Below are positions 49,453 to 64,000 of a DNA stretch of 64,000 bases, one piece after another. The translations under genes were made by a program, and so were the position numbers. Numbering within the stretch: the stretch's first letter is position 1; each line of letters starts with the position of its first letter. Origin of the DNA: Octopus vulgaris (Eukaryota); NCBI GenBank assembly GCA_951406725.2, contig OX597828.1:63922001-63986000 (forward strand), in the 5' to 3' direction. The notes under the pieces were generated by a model. That model saw only the letters and a list, made by a program, of their open reading frames with translations, ran no database searches and was not told where the DNA came from.

Positions 49453-49846
49453 GGCGCAAGAGTGACTGTGTGGTAAGTAGCTTGCTTACAACCACGTGGT
49501 TCGGGGTTCATTCCCATTGCGTTGCACCTTGGGCAAGTGTCTTCTACTATAGCTTCGAGCCGACCAAAGCGTTGTGAGTGGATTTGGTAGATGGAAACTG
49601 AAAGAAGCCCGTCGCTTTTCAAGGTGGTGCTCTAGCTTGGCACACAGTTCAGTATATGTTTCTGTGTCTGTGTTTGTCCCCCCAACATCGCTTGATGACC
49701 GATGCTGGTGTGTTTACATCCCCGTAACTTAGCGGTTCCGCAAAAGAACCGATAAAATAAGTACCAGGCTTACAAAGAATAAGTCCCGGGGCGAATTCTT
49801 CGACTAAACGGCAGTGCTCCAGTACTGCCGCAGTCAAGTACAAGAA
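49453..49846 (+). mobile_element. SINE family A, near full length
   Basis: ggcgcaagagtgactgtgtggtaagtagc...gaaactgaaagaagcccgtc...cttagcggttccgcaaaagaaccgat. Confidence 0.88.
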
Positions 49847-49850
49847 TATG

Positions 49851-50059
49851 CAGTAATCCCTCAACTATCGCGGGTGTTACGGTCCAACCACCCCCGCGAT
49901 AGGTAAAAATCCGCGAAGTAGAAATAGTCCTGTATTTAAATTATTTTTATAATTTGTATTTATTTTATTATAAATGCAAAAACAATATCACGGAGGAATC
50001 GACGTAAGCTTAAATAATAAACCGCGATAGGTAAACCGCGATATAGCAAGGCATTACTG
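49851..50059. mobile_element. pogo/Tigger-like MITE
   Basis: TIRs cagtaatccctcaactatcgcgg / ccgcgatatagcaaggcattactg; internal ccgcgataggtaaa sub-repeats; TA target-site duplication not clean. Confidence 0.75.
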
Positions 50060-50837
50060 TGTGTGTGTGTATATATATATACATATGTGTGTGTGTGTGT
50101 ATGTGTTTGTATCTACTCTACACAAACATACACATATACGTATATGCATATATATATTTTTGCAGGTAGATGTATGTGTAGGCGAGTCCGTGTGAATGCA
50201 TTCATATCTCTCCCGGTAAACAGATGATCCCAAATCGAGACATAAACCGAGAAAGAGGAAAGGGTACAAATAAATTGACTGAGAGACAGAGAGAGAGAAG
50301 GTGAGGAGGAGGAGGAGGAGGAGGAGGAGGGTAGTACGTGTTTCGACCTTCTCATATCTCATCATAACTCATCCAAACTAAGCTGCCTCTTATATTTCCT
50401 CCTTGTTTTTACACCCTTCCTGGGCCTTCCACCCACTTCTGTTTCCTCTTTCGTCGTTTTATGCTGCATTCGTAACTCCAGTCATCACCACCAGGCGGCG
50501 CCACCATTCCTCCCATTCACTCTTCCGCACTGATTCATTCATTCTCCTTCATTTCACCCGCTGCTTCTTCACTTTCTCCCGAGTCTCTCTCTCTCTCTTC
50601 CTCGATCAATGTGGCTGATCGGAAATACATGTGTCCATGTATCTGTATGTATCTATATGTGTGTGCATATGTATATATACATATGTATGTGTGTATGTAT
50701 GTTTGTTTGTCTATATGCATTCACTTGTGAATATATAGATGCACACATGTGTGTGTGTGTATGTATTTGTGTGTGTGTGTGTATGAATATATGCATATAG
50801 TTATACACATTCATTATATTTTTTTCGTTGTGTGTGT

Positions 50838-51048
50838 GAGTACTTAAAACTGCAAATATATCACTCTGGTACTCTGAGTTTCACGTTTGCGTTCGTCGGA
50901 CAGTTGTGAGTAAGGCTGCTTGATCGCAATGGTCTTGATCACAACCGGCCGACGAACGGACACGTGAAAACCCGAGTAACAGGTTATGTGATGTTTTTGC
51001 AGCTTTAATATAAAAGCATATTACTCTACCTTCAGTTTTCGAGTACTT
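50838..51048. mobile_element. Fold-back MITE-like element
   Basis: tttcacgtttgcgttcgtcggacagttgtga versus tcacaaccggccgacgaacggacacgtgaaa; outer gagtacttaaaactg / cagttttcgagtac. Confidence 0.7.
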
Positions 51049-51083
51049 TTTTTCCACCTTGGTTTGCATTTATATGCTTACTC

Positions 51084-51128
<45 letters not shown>

Positions 51129-51217
51129 CCAAAAAAGGAGAAAAAGGCAACAAGAAAAAAACAACAACAACGCGAACACGTGGTATTAATAAGATGCTTA
51201 GAGAAGGAAAGAAAGAG

Positions 51218-51276
<59 letters not shown>

Positions 51277-52002
51277 ACACACACACATAGCCACAAAGAA
51301 TCTACTACAGATCTAGATGAAATATCAAAATATTTTTGGTAAAAATAAATCATAAGAAATTTTTAATTCAATTTACGTCTCCATTAAAAGAAAAAAAAAC
51401 CTACAACATGGCGCACTATGAAAACCCTATGAGAACTATGACTGTTGAACATCTAAGCGCTGAGATAAGAGAAGCTGTCTTAAAATGATGTGATGTGCAG
51501 GTTGTGAGAAGTGTTTGCGGACATATTCGGTAACTTTATGATATAACTTTGATCCACAGTTTCCTACAAATGTGTGCACACGTTCTCGATAAGCTTTCTT
51601 GTTTATTTATAATATTTGAATTTGTAATAGCCACACTTGCCCTAGTGCCAGTTACCTGTATTTAAAACACGCCCTATCATTATAAGGCACATTGTATAAG
51701 AGTGATAATAGAATAGTTGGTCATGGAAAGATTCATGGGCTGCCTGTTATGGAACTAATGGAAAAGTTCATCCTTCAGTTAAGAAATAAGAAAAGGTACT
51801 GCATATAGTTGCCTAAAAATTGCCCCTTATGTTTTATCTTTTGCAGCAGGATCAACTACTGTTAAGTCATTAATAGGAAAATCTAAAGACCCCTAAAATT
51901 TCTAAATGCTTAACTTTTAAATAAAAACAAAAGAATAACACTTAAAATTCTTTAAGATAATAATAAAAATGTTAAAAAGAAGAAAGCCAAATAATTCTTT
52001 GT

Positions 52003-52219
52003 GATCTAGGTACAAAACCTGAAATTTTGTCGGAGGAAAGGGTCTGGTCGATTATATCGACTGCAGTGATTGCTCAACAGGTACTTATTTTATCGATCCC
52101 GAAGGGATGAAATGAAAAATTGACCTCGGCGGAATTTGAACTCAAAGCGCAAAGCCGAGAGAGATGCCATCAAGCATCCAATATCCCTGGCACTGTAACG
52201 ACTCTGCCAGCTCGCCACC
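52003..52219 (-). mobile_element. SINE family B
   Basis: ggtacttattttatcgatcccgaagggatgaaa...gacctcggcggaatttgaactc...ctgccagctcgccacc. Confidence 0.8.
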
Positions 52220-53957
52220 TCAGAACGGGAGGGAATAGTAACATCTTAATATATTGCTAAAAAAATATATGAAGGGATAAAAAAAATATCTCTTTTTAAA
52301 ATTTACTGTTTATCTAAACGAAAATATTTCTATCGCGGAAAACAGCTCATGTTAAAAACAAATTAAAAGTATAGAAATAATTATTTGAAAATAATGAACA
52401 AAAAAATAAATATTTAGCTCCGAAATAACACAAATATTTCGGGGAAGCAGAAAGTTGACGAATTATGACCCTTTGGACCTTAATACGATTTCCACTGTAT
52501 GTATGTAACTGAGATTATAGCATTCACTCCTGAATGGGTCTCCGGTCAGTCAAAGGGGTAACTTCCCAATTATGTCTAGAACAATGAACCTCAGCAATGA
52601 AAAATGAAGTGCCTTGCTTGAGAACACATCGCACCATCCGGTTCGGAAATCGTAAACGCGACCTTATGATCATCAGTGCAACGACCTAATCCCTAAGCTA
52701 GGCACCTCTCCTCCAAAATGGGTGATTCAAAGTAAATAGAAGATATAGATTAGCTTCCAAATCTGTCTCTTATAAATCTATTTAATAAAAAGACAATCAG
52801 TGACAGGTGAAAAAATATTAAGCAGAATCAAATTGGTGGAAAATGTTAGGCTGATAAAATAATGATAATAATAAAAAAACACCGATGTGCACTTAGCTAG
52901 AGTTAAGTTATCTTTGTATGAAACGTATCAGTAACAGAACAATACAAATAAATCAAAATGTTGTTAGCTTAATTCGGGCTATATTCCTCTAAGTCCTTAT
53001 ACTATCAGGAATAGATCGCACGCAATCACCTTTGCTGTTATTGGGAAGCTATCCCGAAGAAGTGTTTTTAAAGGCTCCATATTGCGCGTCAAGAAGCTCA
53101 GATTGTAAACACATGGCGCTAAACTTATCTTTCACCAAAATATAAAGCAACAAAAATATTGAGTAGAAACAAATGTTGCTTAAAATATGGCATTAAAAAG
53201 GAAAGAAATGGCATAGACAAGTCTAAGATAAGTGAAGTAGATTTTGAAATAACAAAGGTTAGACTAGGGCAAGATTTATGATATATTGTATTCGGTTTTG
53301 TCTGCATTTCTGACGGCTGAACTCTATCTAAAACTATGTGTTTTCTGTTCGTGATTAAGCATGTAGAGTTTATTTTGACCTGCAACCGGCTCAAGGATGA
53401 GATTGTGAGGAAAAAAATCCTCTTTTACGTTTTATGGCATCCTTTGAACAGCAATTCGGTCATTAAATTTAAAGAATGCTTTGCAAATATGTGTGTGCAT
53501 GTGTGCGTGCCTGTATGAATGTAAGTATGCGTGAATGTATGTATGTGTGCATGTATTAGACGTATGTATATATGTATATCGCCTGACGGAAATAGCAAGC
53601 TAAAATTCGTTGGCAAAATCCCCACCCCTATAATGCATCCGCAATGCAACACCCCTATAATGCATCCGCAATACCTGCTCTTTCAGTCTTTTCTGCTCGC
53701 TTGCAAAGACAATCTTTTTGCGGTCATTGCTCAAATATAATTTCACTATATCTCACCATCCACAAGAATCTTTCAACCATTTTCTCTGTTTGCAGATAGT
53801 AAGCAGAATTCCTGTCCTTTATAAAATAAAGTATCAGTTCTCACGTGTATTTACATCACCCCCGATCTTTTGTGCCCTTATTTGATCTCCATTTCTCCCT
53901 TCTCAATTAGGATTAAATCCTTATAACGAATAATTCTCTCTCATCCAACAGATTAGA

Positions 53958-54094
53958 TCTTTTATTTGTTTCAATCATTTTTTATAAGTCTGCTACTTAT
54001 TCTGAACTGCTGACTTACGCGGATGTAAACAAACCAACACCGGTTGTCAAGCAGTGAGAAAGGACAGACACAGACAACGATACATACATACATG

Positions 54095-54143
<49 letters not shown>

Positions 54144-54242
54144 GCATGTATATATATATATATATATATATTGATAAAACGGTAAGATAACAAAAGAAAG
54201 AAAGAGACCTCAATATTATGTAAATAGAGGAAATTTATCTAT

Positions 54243-54288
<46 letters not shown>

Positions 54289-54440
54289 TACGACGGGCGT
54301 GCACGCAGTTTTTGTCTATCAAATTCATTCACGAGGCATTGGTCGGCCCGGAGCTACAGTAGAAGACAATTGTCCAAGGTGCTCAGCTGTGGGTCTGAAC
54401 CCGAAACCATGCGGTTACGAAGTTTCCTAACAGTGTAACC
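53958..54440 (-). mobile_element. SINE family A, diverged and interrupted by (TA)n and another insert
   Basis: 3' part about 53958-54080; 5' part about 54290-54440. Confidence 0.65.
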
Positions 54441-55076
54441 GAAGCTTCCACCATAACTTGTGAAATAGATTTTTCTTATATTTCTTATATGAATATACGT
54501 TTCCTATACATAAAACCCGTCGCCTATTTGATATTTTAGAAATGAGGGAAATCTCAAACTCAGGAAGACTGCTGTGAAAACAGCTCAGAAGATCAGGTAG
54601 AATACCCTTATAGACGGATCTTTTCAACTCTTTTCACAGTAATTCTTCTGCGTTCGAGATTTACTTAATTTCTAAAATGTCAACTCACTCGACGCTTCAA
54701 ATTCCATTTATAAAAATGTCCCCACTTACCTATCTGAATTAAAAACTTTCATATAGCCACATAATAGACTGTAGAAGAATCTCTCCATGTCCAACTATCG
54801 TACAAAATCTGAGCGTTGAGGTTATCCTCATTACGCAGGGTGTCTATGAATTTTGCTTAATCTACAAGGATAGCGTCCATCCCAAAGGAATGTTTTTCCG
54901 ACATTCACTTAAAACGAAAAAGGGATAACATAAAGAACAACGCTAAGAATAGCCGGATGAGATTAAAATATTCCTGCCTTTGGAATTATTGCTGGTGATT
55001 AAAGATCAAATAGGTTATTAGATACTTTTTCCAGATACCATTAATCGACTAAGATTAGGTGAGAGGAAAAGAGAAA

Positions 55077-55143
<67 letters not shown>

Positions 55144-55528
55144 CAAAGAGAGAGAGAGAGAGACAGAGAGAGAGAGAGACAGAGAGAGAGAGAGAGATAC
55201 AGAGAGACAGAGAGAGTGAGAGTTGGGAGAGAGGGAGAAATGGGTAAATATGTAGTGTGTATATGTGTGCGTGCGTTATGTGTGTGTATGTGTGTATGCG
55301 TGTGCTGTGTGTTATCTATGATAATAAGGTAGTATTTGTCGCATTATCTTTCATAAGGTTACTGAATTTGAAGAGTTGAACGAAGCATTAATGACGGCCA
55401 ATTAAGGAAGGCTGATAAAAGCAAAGAAAAAACGAAAAGAAAAAAAAAACGGAACAAGAAAAAACAGATTTCGGGTTAATAAGCGATGATAGATAGAATG
55501 GGGGGGGGGGAGGAAGGGAGGGTGTGAT

Positions 55529-55576
<48 letters not shown>

Positions 55577-56454
55577 AAAGAGAGAGAAGTGATGAGGGAA
55601 GCTTGAGTGAAAACTAGAAGGTTTATGTATTTAGAAGGGAAGAAGTCAATGAGAAAGAGCAAGAGAGGGAGGGAAAGAGAAAGCGAGAGGATGAGAGAGA
55701 AAGAAAGAGAAGGAAGAAAGAAGAGAAGGTGAGAATAGAGAAAAAAAAAAAGCAACTGAAAGAAAGCAAGGGGTAACCATTGTGAGATTTGTGATAAAGA
55801 AGAGGAGGGACTAAAAGAGAAGAGAAGAGGAAGGAGTGAAAACGAGGGGTTCGAGAGTGGGAGGAGAGAATATAGAAAAGAGTGCGTCATTGTGAGAGAA
55901 GGAGAGAGTTGACTGGTCAAAACCTGTTGAAATATTCCGACTTTGTTTGGAGATGTTTATATCCCAAAATACTATAAATAAATTTCATATTCCGAGGTTT
56001 GTCGCCCCTGCCTTTCTCGACCAGATTTGATTTCCAATTAGTAATTCTTTCTCCTCATTTCTGAAGTAAATTTTTCATTAATATATTTTGTCTTAATACA
56101 TTAAGTATTTATTGCAGATACCTCACTATTAGGTTATCATGCAGAGCAGGTCCCTTGGTATTCTCGACCTCTTCCCCAAACCCTATCAACTATAGGAAGA
56201 TCCGGTATTCATTTTGTGCGAAATATAAATATTTGAAGAACAAATTCGTCATATCCGGTAAAGTAAAATAAATGTAACCAACATTATTATTCTGTAGAGA
56301 AAAGGAAAGAAACGGAAAGAAGAATCTAGAAAAGTTGTGTTCTTCTTTCTCTCTATTCCCCCCGCCCCGCCCCCGGTCTCTCATTCTTTCTCGTTCATTC
56401 TTTTAATAGAATGAATCATGGAAATAGAAATGAATTGTAATGCTAAGTTATATA

Positions 56455-56595
56455 GGCACAGGCGTGGAAAGAAGCTTACTTCCCATCCACAAGGTTCCAG
56501 GTTCAGTCTCTCTACGTGGCACCTTGGGCAAGTGTCTTCTGCTATAATCCGGGCCGACCAAAACCTTGTGGAAACTGAAAGAAGCCCGTATATAT
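56455..56595 (+). mobile_element. SINE family A 5' fragment
   Basis: ggcacaggcgtgg...cgtggcaccttgggcaagtgtcttc...ggaaactgaaagaagcccg. Confidence 0.75.
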
Positions 56596-57348
56596 ATATA
56601 GAAACACTTCTTTCGTGCTGTTTCGTACTCTACAACTTTTAATTGTATCAAAATTGTAAAGTTCCAAAGTTCGAGGGAAGAACATCGAAAAGCTAGAAAT
56701 TTAAAATTAACGACATCTTCATTGGTTCAACTGTGAAATTTTCCTCTATAGGCAGTTCTAAGACAATATATATTTATTTAAATCTTCGAAAATCTGAAAA
56801 CAGAAACATCCAAAATAACATTGAAAAATTATGAGCTTCAATGCATTAGTTCTGATCTACCTACATAAGGTAAAGTATACATCACAACATAGTGGACAGC
56901 CAAACCGGGCAACCCCTTATCAAGTTCATGTGAGGGGACATATTTGACGACCTCAAAGAAGTTAACTGCCCCTACTAACTATTTTACGGACAATTGTTTC
57001 TCTACTAATATTTATTAAAATTCCTCTATCAATCAATCAATCAATCTATCTATCTATACATATACATATATATATATATATATATGTAATGGTGTATTAA
57101 AGTATTGATTGAGTATCATCTGATAGTTGATGTTTTATTGATTTAAGTATGTTTCTCCATTCTCTAATTTTGTAGTATTAATTTACGGTAATATTATTAC
57201 CTTTATCCATATAATACAATAGATGAACTGATTGTTTGACAATTTTTAACATCTATGTATTAGTCTTGTTGGGTACCTATCTGGCAGTATATTGGATATA
57301 TATTATCCCATGGTGGGTTGAATTTTCAACCCCTATCTCATTTTATAA

Positions 57349-57524
<176 letters not shown>

Positions 57525-57644
57525 AGAGATGCTATTGACAATCCAATAATTTATTTATATTATAATATTACATGATATACAAGAGAATTGGATGTTTAAC
57601 ACTCCTTTGAAGGATCTCTTTTCCGCAGTTTGTTACTTTATATA

Positions 57645-57856
57645 TTCTTTTACTTGTGTCAGTCATTTGACTACGGTCATGCTACAGCACCGTCTTTAAG
57701 GGCTTTTTAGCCGAAGAAATCGACCTTAGGACTTATTCTTTGAAAGCCTAGTACTTATTCTATCGGTCTGTTGTGCCGAACCGCAAAGTTATGAAGACGT
57801 AAACACACCAACATCGGCTGTCAAACGGGGGAGGGGGCAACACAGGCATAAAGGCA

Positions 57857-57904
<48 letters not shown>

Positions 57905-58057
57905 TACGACGGACTTCTTCCAGTTTCCGTGTACCAAATCCAAATCCATTCACAAGGCTTTGGTCGGCCCGAGGCAATAGTAGAAGCCGCTTGCAGCGGA
58001 ACTGATCCCAGAACCATGTGTTTGGGAAGCAAGCTTCATACTACACAGCCACGCTTA
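57645..58057 (-). mobile_element. SINE family A, near full length
   Basis: Same architecture as 27883-28293. Confidence 0.85.
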
Positions 58058-58061
58058 CGAA

Positions 58062-58129
<68 letters not shown>

Positions 58130-58149
58130 TACATATATATATATATAGA

Positions 58150-58179
<30 letters not shown>

Positions 58180-58180
<1 letters not shown>

Positions 58181-58395
58181 GCGCTATGGCCTAGTGGTTA
58201 GGGCAGCGGACTTGCGGTCGGAGGATCGCGGTTTCGATTCCCAGACCGGGCGTTGTGTGTGTTTATTGAGCGAAAACACCTAAAAGCTCCACGAGGCTCC
58301 GGCAGGAGGTGGTGATCCCTGCTGTACTCTTTCACCACTCTAAAAAAGGCGGTGCTCCAGCATGGCCGCAGTCAAATGACTGAAACAAGTACAGA
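58180..58395 (+). mobile_element. tRNA-headed SINE (third head type) joined to a family A 3' tail
   Basis: A box tggcctagtgg and B box gtttcgattcc; continues into gttgtgtgtgtttattgagcgaaaacacc, so not a tRNA gene; tail ggcggtgctccagcatggccgcagtcaaatgactgaaac. Confidence 0.7.
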
Positions 58396-58587
58396 AAATA
58401 TATAAATGCTCTGATCTATTCACGTAGGATTTGGCTGTGCTAGTAAACATCTAAGGGACAATATCGAAAAGGACGATTTCCAGGAAAAGATAATCACTAG
58501 CTAACAACACAATTGGTTATAATAATCTGGGTTTCGTACTAAAAATAATGGGAAGGGATACCCCCAGCGGTTTTACTACCCTGCTTT

Positions 58588-58695
58588 ACACCACCGCCAC
58601 CACCGCCACTGCCACCACCGCCACCGCCACCACCGCCACTGCCACCACCGCCACTGCCACCACCGCCACTGCCACCACCGCCACTGCCACCACCA
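58588..58695. repeat. GC-rich (GCCACC/GCCACT) minisatellite
   Basis: ccaccgccactgcca units, directly visible. Confidence 0.9.
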
Positions 58696-59326
58696 CGTCT
58701 CGAATAGAATCGTTAAACACCATTTATGGGCTGTTCTGAAGCAAGGAGCCATTGCACCGCTGCTCCACCGATTCGGGTTTCAAATGTGATAATATCTTGT
58801 ATGACACTATGTTAGATTATAAAGAACACTGATAAAAACATACCCGTTTCTTCATTCTTTTTTCTTTATTTTTGGGTGTTTTGTTCTGTTGTATTGAAAA
58901 CTTTATATACGGGTGCAATACTAAATCATCGCCTTCCTGCTAAACTAAGCCCGACTCCCTCCGACTCCGGCCCACAGCTAAGTTCCCTTCGTATGTAAAT
59001 AACGACCCTGTTTGAAATAGGGGTGTGGAGGTGGTTTTGATGGAAATACTGTAGGGTGTTGAAGGGTGGACGCGTTCAAGAAAGGGTGTGAGATTACCTA
59101 AACATAAACAACCCTCATCCTTTCACACACTACCCAAACACCCCGGCAATTTCCCCCCACCTACCACCCTACACATTATCAATTGATGTGCATAATGAAT
59201 TTATAAATACATATACGTAATCATGCACACGCGCTCACACACACACACACTTGTATGCCTTTAGCTTGAATACATATCTACATGTACGCATACACAAACA
59301 GAGACATTCGCAAATATGCCTACATG

Positions 59327-59401
<75 letters not shown>

Positions 59402-60342
59402 GTATGTATATATGTATGTATGTATGTATGCAATATGTGTGTATATGTTTGTATTTCCTTCTGTTTTTTGACTCTGATAAATGTATTTATAGTAAGACAG
59501 GCGTGTTTAGAACATAGCTTATCAATGTTAACCTCGCCATACAAAACATCTGCTTATGTATAATCTATTTAAGTAGTTTTGCAGGGTTTTACTATACACG
59601 TACTCCCTTTAGACACACTGTCACACCGATCCACCCCTCCCACATACACTATACACACACACACCTATACCCACGCAACCTATCGCCCCACCATCATGGC
59701 TCCCGGTTGGAGAAAGCAAAGTAGGAAGTAAAGAAAAGTAGCAGAACCTTGATACAATTGACATGGACCGAATATACTACTAGTATCTTTTCTCCTCCTC
59801 CTTCTCCCCTTAAATTTATAAGCCTCCACCAATCATACGAAATCGATTTCTGAACAGTAGGGGGAACTGGAAATGAGTGCAGCTTAAACTCATGGTACGC
59901 GTGTGTGTGTGTGTGTGTGTGCACGCGCATGCATGTATAAATTCAACCAAAAAGAAACCTCAAATAGAGAATCCCTGGAATGTTTTACAAATTGTAGTGT
60001 TTTGTATCTGAGGAATGAGAATCGGTTTTTATGTCCTTTCTCGAAGAATCTCACCAGTTCTAGGCTTTTACGCAAAGTGCCTAGTGTATCTAGGATAACA
60101 GGGAAAACACACAGCCTTCATATAAGGACTATCAGTTTCTCATTAGCAAGTATGCATGTATGAATGCATGCCTCAATGCATATGTGCACGTGTGTTCGTA
60201 TAAAGTGTTTACCTGCATATATGTATAGGCACAAACATATACGCATGTCTAGAGATTAAATTGTTAGCTGCCAGGTGAACACTGACAAAATGGTTCCTTT
60301 AGCAATGACGTCCCCCAACACACCCACACGCGCTCGCGCACT

Positions 60343-60389
<47 letters not shown>

Positions 60390-60459
60390 ACACAGGTGCA
60401 TGTGCTTATAACTGGAGTTAGGAATGGATTCATGTATGTATGCAGACATATATCTCTGC

Positions 60460-60539
<80 letters not shown>

Positions 60540-61658
60540 GGCTGTATGTAAGCATGTGTATATGATTGCATGTTCCCAATACCGAAGACGACCCAAAATT
60601 TGATCGAACAAAAAGTGGTTTAGATGAATGGCTAAATATTAGCCGTCACTCGAAAGCGAGTAGGATCCGATATCTTGTACCACGGAGGCATCGCTCCGCC
60701 CTCTCTTGACTAAGCAGACCATCGAGGAAGCGAGAGAGGAAGAGTTGAACCCACACCTCACTGGTTCCCATTTACGGCTGAATGGACTGGATGAACGTGA
60801 AAAGAATGTGACTTGCTAAGGCCAAAATACTCCACCTGGTCCAGAAATCGAAACCTCGACCATATGATCACGAATCCCCTTAATCGCCAGCAAAGCAAAA
60901 ACCAAAACTAGACAATGCGGTTAATATTCTGGCTGGATAATATATCCTCAGATTTATTCGTTTGTTATCAAGAGATCAAGTATCAGATGTCCAGCGGTAT
61001 GTTATCTTAATACCTCTTTAACGACAACGGGGAAATGTACACCTAACAACAGCAACAACAAAAAGCAGCTAAGACGGCGTATCTGAAGTGTGTTGGTATG
61101 TTAATGAGCAGTGCTCAGCACAAATTGTTAACAAGACAAAAGCAACAACAAGAATAATAACGATGATGATGATAATAATAATAATAATAACAATAATGAT
61201 AATAATAATATGCTTGAAAAGTGTAACGGTTGAGGTCATAAAAGATAATGGCTTCTGCATACCGGAAACCGGAAGTAACTATCATTTTGAGCGGAAACGG
61301 TGTTTGTTTGTATTCTCTTAAATGAAACACCTTATTACACGCAGTAAATCGTAAACGAATTATTCCCCAACGTTGATTAGGAATTTTTTTTTGTTCTTTA
61401 TATTATTTTATCAAATTTTTATGCTGTTTGATTTAGTGTTCTTTATTATTTTTTATTTCTACTCTTTTTCTTTTTGCAACGAAATAAAATTAAAAAAAAA
61501 AAATCAGAATAAGAAAGCGCGTTTTACAACTTGTCCTTGTGGCTAATAAATGAGCGAAGCCGAGCTGGTGCGTTATACACCTACCATAATGGATGTGACA
61601 ATGTACAGGATGATTCAAGGGTTTTTTGCTTTAAGGAGATAGAAAGACAGAGCATGTG

Positions 61659-61734
<76 letters not shown>

Positions 61735-62271
61735 TTGAAAGGAGCAGGGCTTGCAGGCAATCATAACAGTATCAGTAGAGGTTCAGTAAAGCGTTTATTC
61801 CAGGGCAACAACTTTCATAAAACTTGCGGCTCCCTTGAGGAGGGTGAAAGAAATTGGTCCTAGATCCGACGCCCAGGAACCTCCTCCATCAACATTTCCC
61901 GACTATCGTCTGGCAAATGGGGCAAGAGATGAATGGGGGATGGAAGACTGATACAAGCGATAGAAGGTGTAAAATATGAACGGAAAGGAAAAGAATCCCT
62001 ACTAAAATGAAAAGTGCAGCCCAAAGATAACCGTGAAGTGGGTATGTGGGGGGATCATTTTCTGTTTTGGAAACAATGATACACCCTTTTCTATAGCAAA
62101 ATACTGATACTAAACGACATTCTTCTGACTCTGATTCAAATTCTACTGAGGTGTTTTTGCCTGCAATCCTTTCAGGGTCGATATAATAAGTTCCAGTCGA
62201 ACAGCGGGATTGACATAATCGACAATCCCCCTTCCCTAAAATTTCGGGCATATAGGAAAAGGATTATTATT

Positions 62272-62782
62272 ATTGTGTGAGAGAGCAGTGCATGCCATCA
62301 AAGTGACCCTGGGGTGCCAATAAACGAAGCCCAGTATATTTATTATGATTACCCGTCTGAAAAGGGTACACTAGGTGCATACGTCACAACCATATGTGTG
62401 CTTCATGGTGAGGTGGGGCTCAGAATTTTCTTCAGGTTGAGTAGCCCATCCCGCTCAAAAGTTCCCTGAATATGGGTTGTTTAAGGACGATGAACGAAAC
62501 ACCCATGTTTGCAGAGGTGAATTATCCAAACCTCAAAGAATTCCTCTCAACACATGGCTATGATGCTCCCCAACTATTTCTGCTCGTGATCAGAGATGCA
62601 CATATCGTCAGCCACTAAGGGACATGCTCAACTGGTTAAGGTCAAACAACTGACAAGCAAATCTGTGGTATTGAGCAGAATATTTGCTGTATCCCATCTT
62701 TTATACCAAAACAAAACAATGCACATGATAACACTTCCAGTCAGTTAAGATCAGAAGCCATGAGAGCCACTGTCTAGTACTG

Positions 62783-62784
<2 letters not shown>
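62272..62784. mobile_element. Second copy of the 10625-11180 interspersed repeat
   Basis: Collinear with that copy, apart from an internal deletion near 62410. Confidence 0.85.
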
Positions 62785-62853
<69 letters not shown>

Positions 62854-63956
62854 ATGCCGATGAAAGAAAATGTAGGAGTGGTTATTTTTGTAAGGTATTT
62901 CAATTATACATCTTCCGTTTTATTTTTTAATTCTTAACCGTAGGTAAACAACAACAAAATTCCCCCTCACTCCACAAGCACAAGAGTATTCTTCCATACG
63001 CAACATTGACACGCGAAGCTAATGAGCGTTATCACGTTCACCAATAAGTACTATGGAAAATGGTTTTTTAATGGAAATTGCAGATTCCGTTCAAAGAGCC
63101 GCGAAATAAAACCCATTTGGATCGAATATCAAAGACGGTTTCCTAATAAAGATCTCTTCGGTAAATTATGGTTGCATCCAGCCACCTATCCATATATTCA
63201 TATAAAATCTTGAATATATTTATATAATGTATATATATGTACACACACGCGCGCGCATAAGGGCATACGTATGTTTAGAGATGAGTACCAAGACTTCCAC
63301 GTGGGCACTTTAAACAATTGTGAAGATCACTTCACATAAAACCATTGGTTGTCCTATTAACCCACAAATAAAAAATATTTATCCACCAATGCGGTGTTGA
63401 GCACTCGTTCTCACTCTTCGATATTAACGTGTGTGTGTATGGGTAAGTATCTATGCATGTATATATGCATATATTCATATGTATATATATATATATATGA
63501 AATATGAATCATACAAACATACAAACACACGCACACCTGTTCAAAGGTGCTAAACCCATGACATGGACATCACTGTTTACCAAGCATCCCAATCTCCCTA
63601 TCAAGATTAAGGACCCAATATCTTAGAGTTAAAGACACTACAGCTTTTCAATTCCTTATTAAGAAATATCAGAGAGCTAAGATGCATAAATGTGAACGTG
63701 TTCAAAGAATCTGGAGGAATTTTTATCTAAGATTACAAATGAGCCCATATCACGGCAAGAAGTGCAAAAAAAAAAAAAAGATGGAACCAAACCCGGACAG
63801 AGGTGGTGGGGGAGGATTTCGAAGTGAATTGAAGTAAACTAGCCAACGTACCAATATTAGCCTCACAGCATGACCACAACTTCATTGAAACAAATGTATG
63901 TATGTATGTATGTATGTATGTATGTATGTATGTATGTATGTATCTATCTATTTATC

Positions 63957-64000
<44 letters not shown>

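Noticed and set aside
58180-58255. tRNA gene
   Set aside because: A and B boxes are present, but the acceptor and anticodon stems do not pair well and the sequence continues into a SINE body
58548-58739. Thr/Ala-repeat mucin- or antifreeze-like ORF
   Set aside because: A simple GC-rich minisatellite without signal peptide or splice support
60055-60089. Possible 35-nt minus-strand exon (ttatcctag|...|gtgaga)
   Set aside because: Not frame-symmetric, no filamin similarity and no paralogous support

Overview
AT-rich, microsatellite-dense animal genomic DNA. The tRNA-derived SINE families and the (TA)n/(CA)n/(AAT)n load point to an octopus; this is inferred from recall, not from a search. The one clear protein-coding gene is a filamin on the minus strand. 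I traced 12 GT-AG exons between 35335 and 15217 (1983 nt, 661 codons) that encode Ig-like repeats equivalent to human FLNA Ig17-Ig23. I found no exon for Ig16 upstream (35.3-64 kb) and none for the Ig24 dimerisation repeat downstream. At 0-6.4 kb, old local duplications each carry a 12-18 nt frame-preserving microexon with canonical splice sites, on the same strand and in a compatible phase (x-Arg-Pro peptides). This is the most novel-looking feature. Introns and flanks also hold many minimal hammerhead-ribozyme-like motifs, several in small Penelope-type cassettes and one in a perfect 132-bp palindrome. Other repeats are Penelope RT, HERO, RTE and mariner remnants, MITEs and numerous SINEs. 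Nearly all ORFs in the supplied track are microsatellite artefacts. Coordinates were read by eye; repeat boundaries are approximate.
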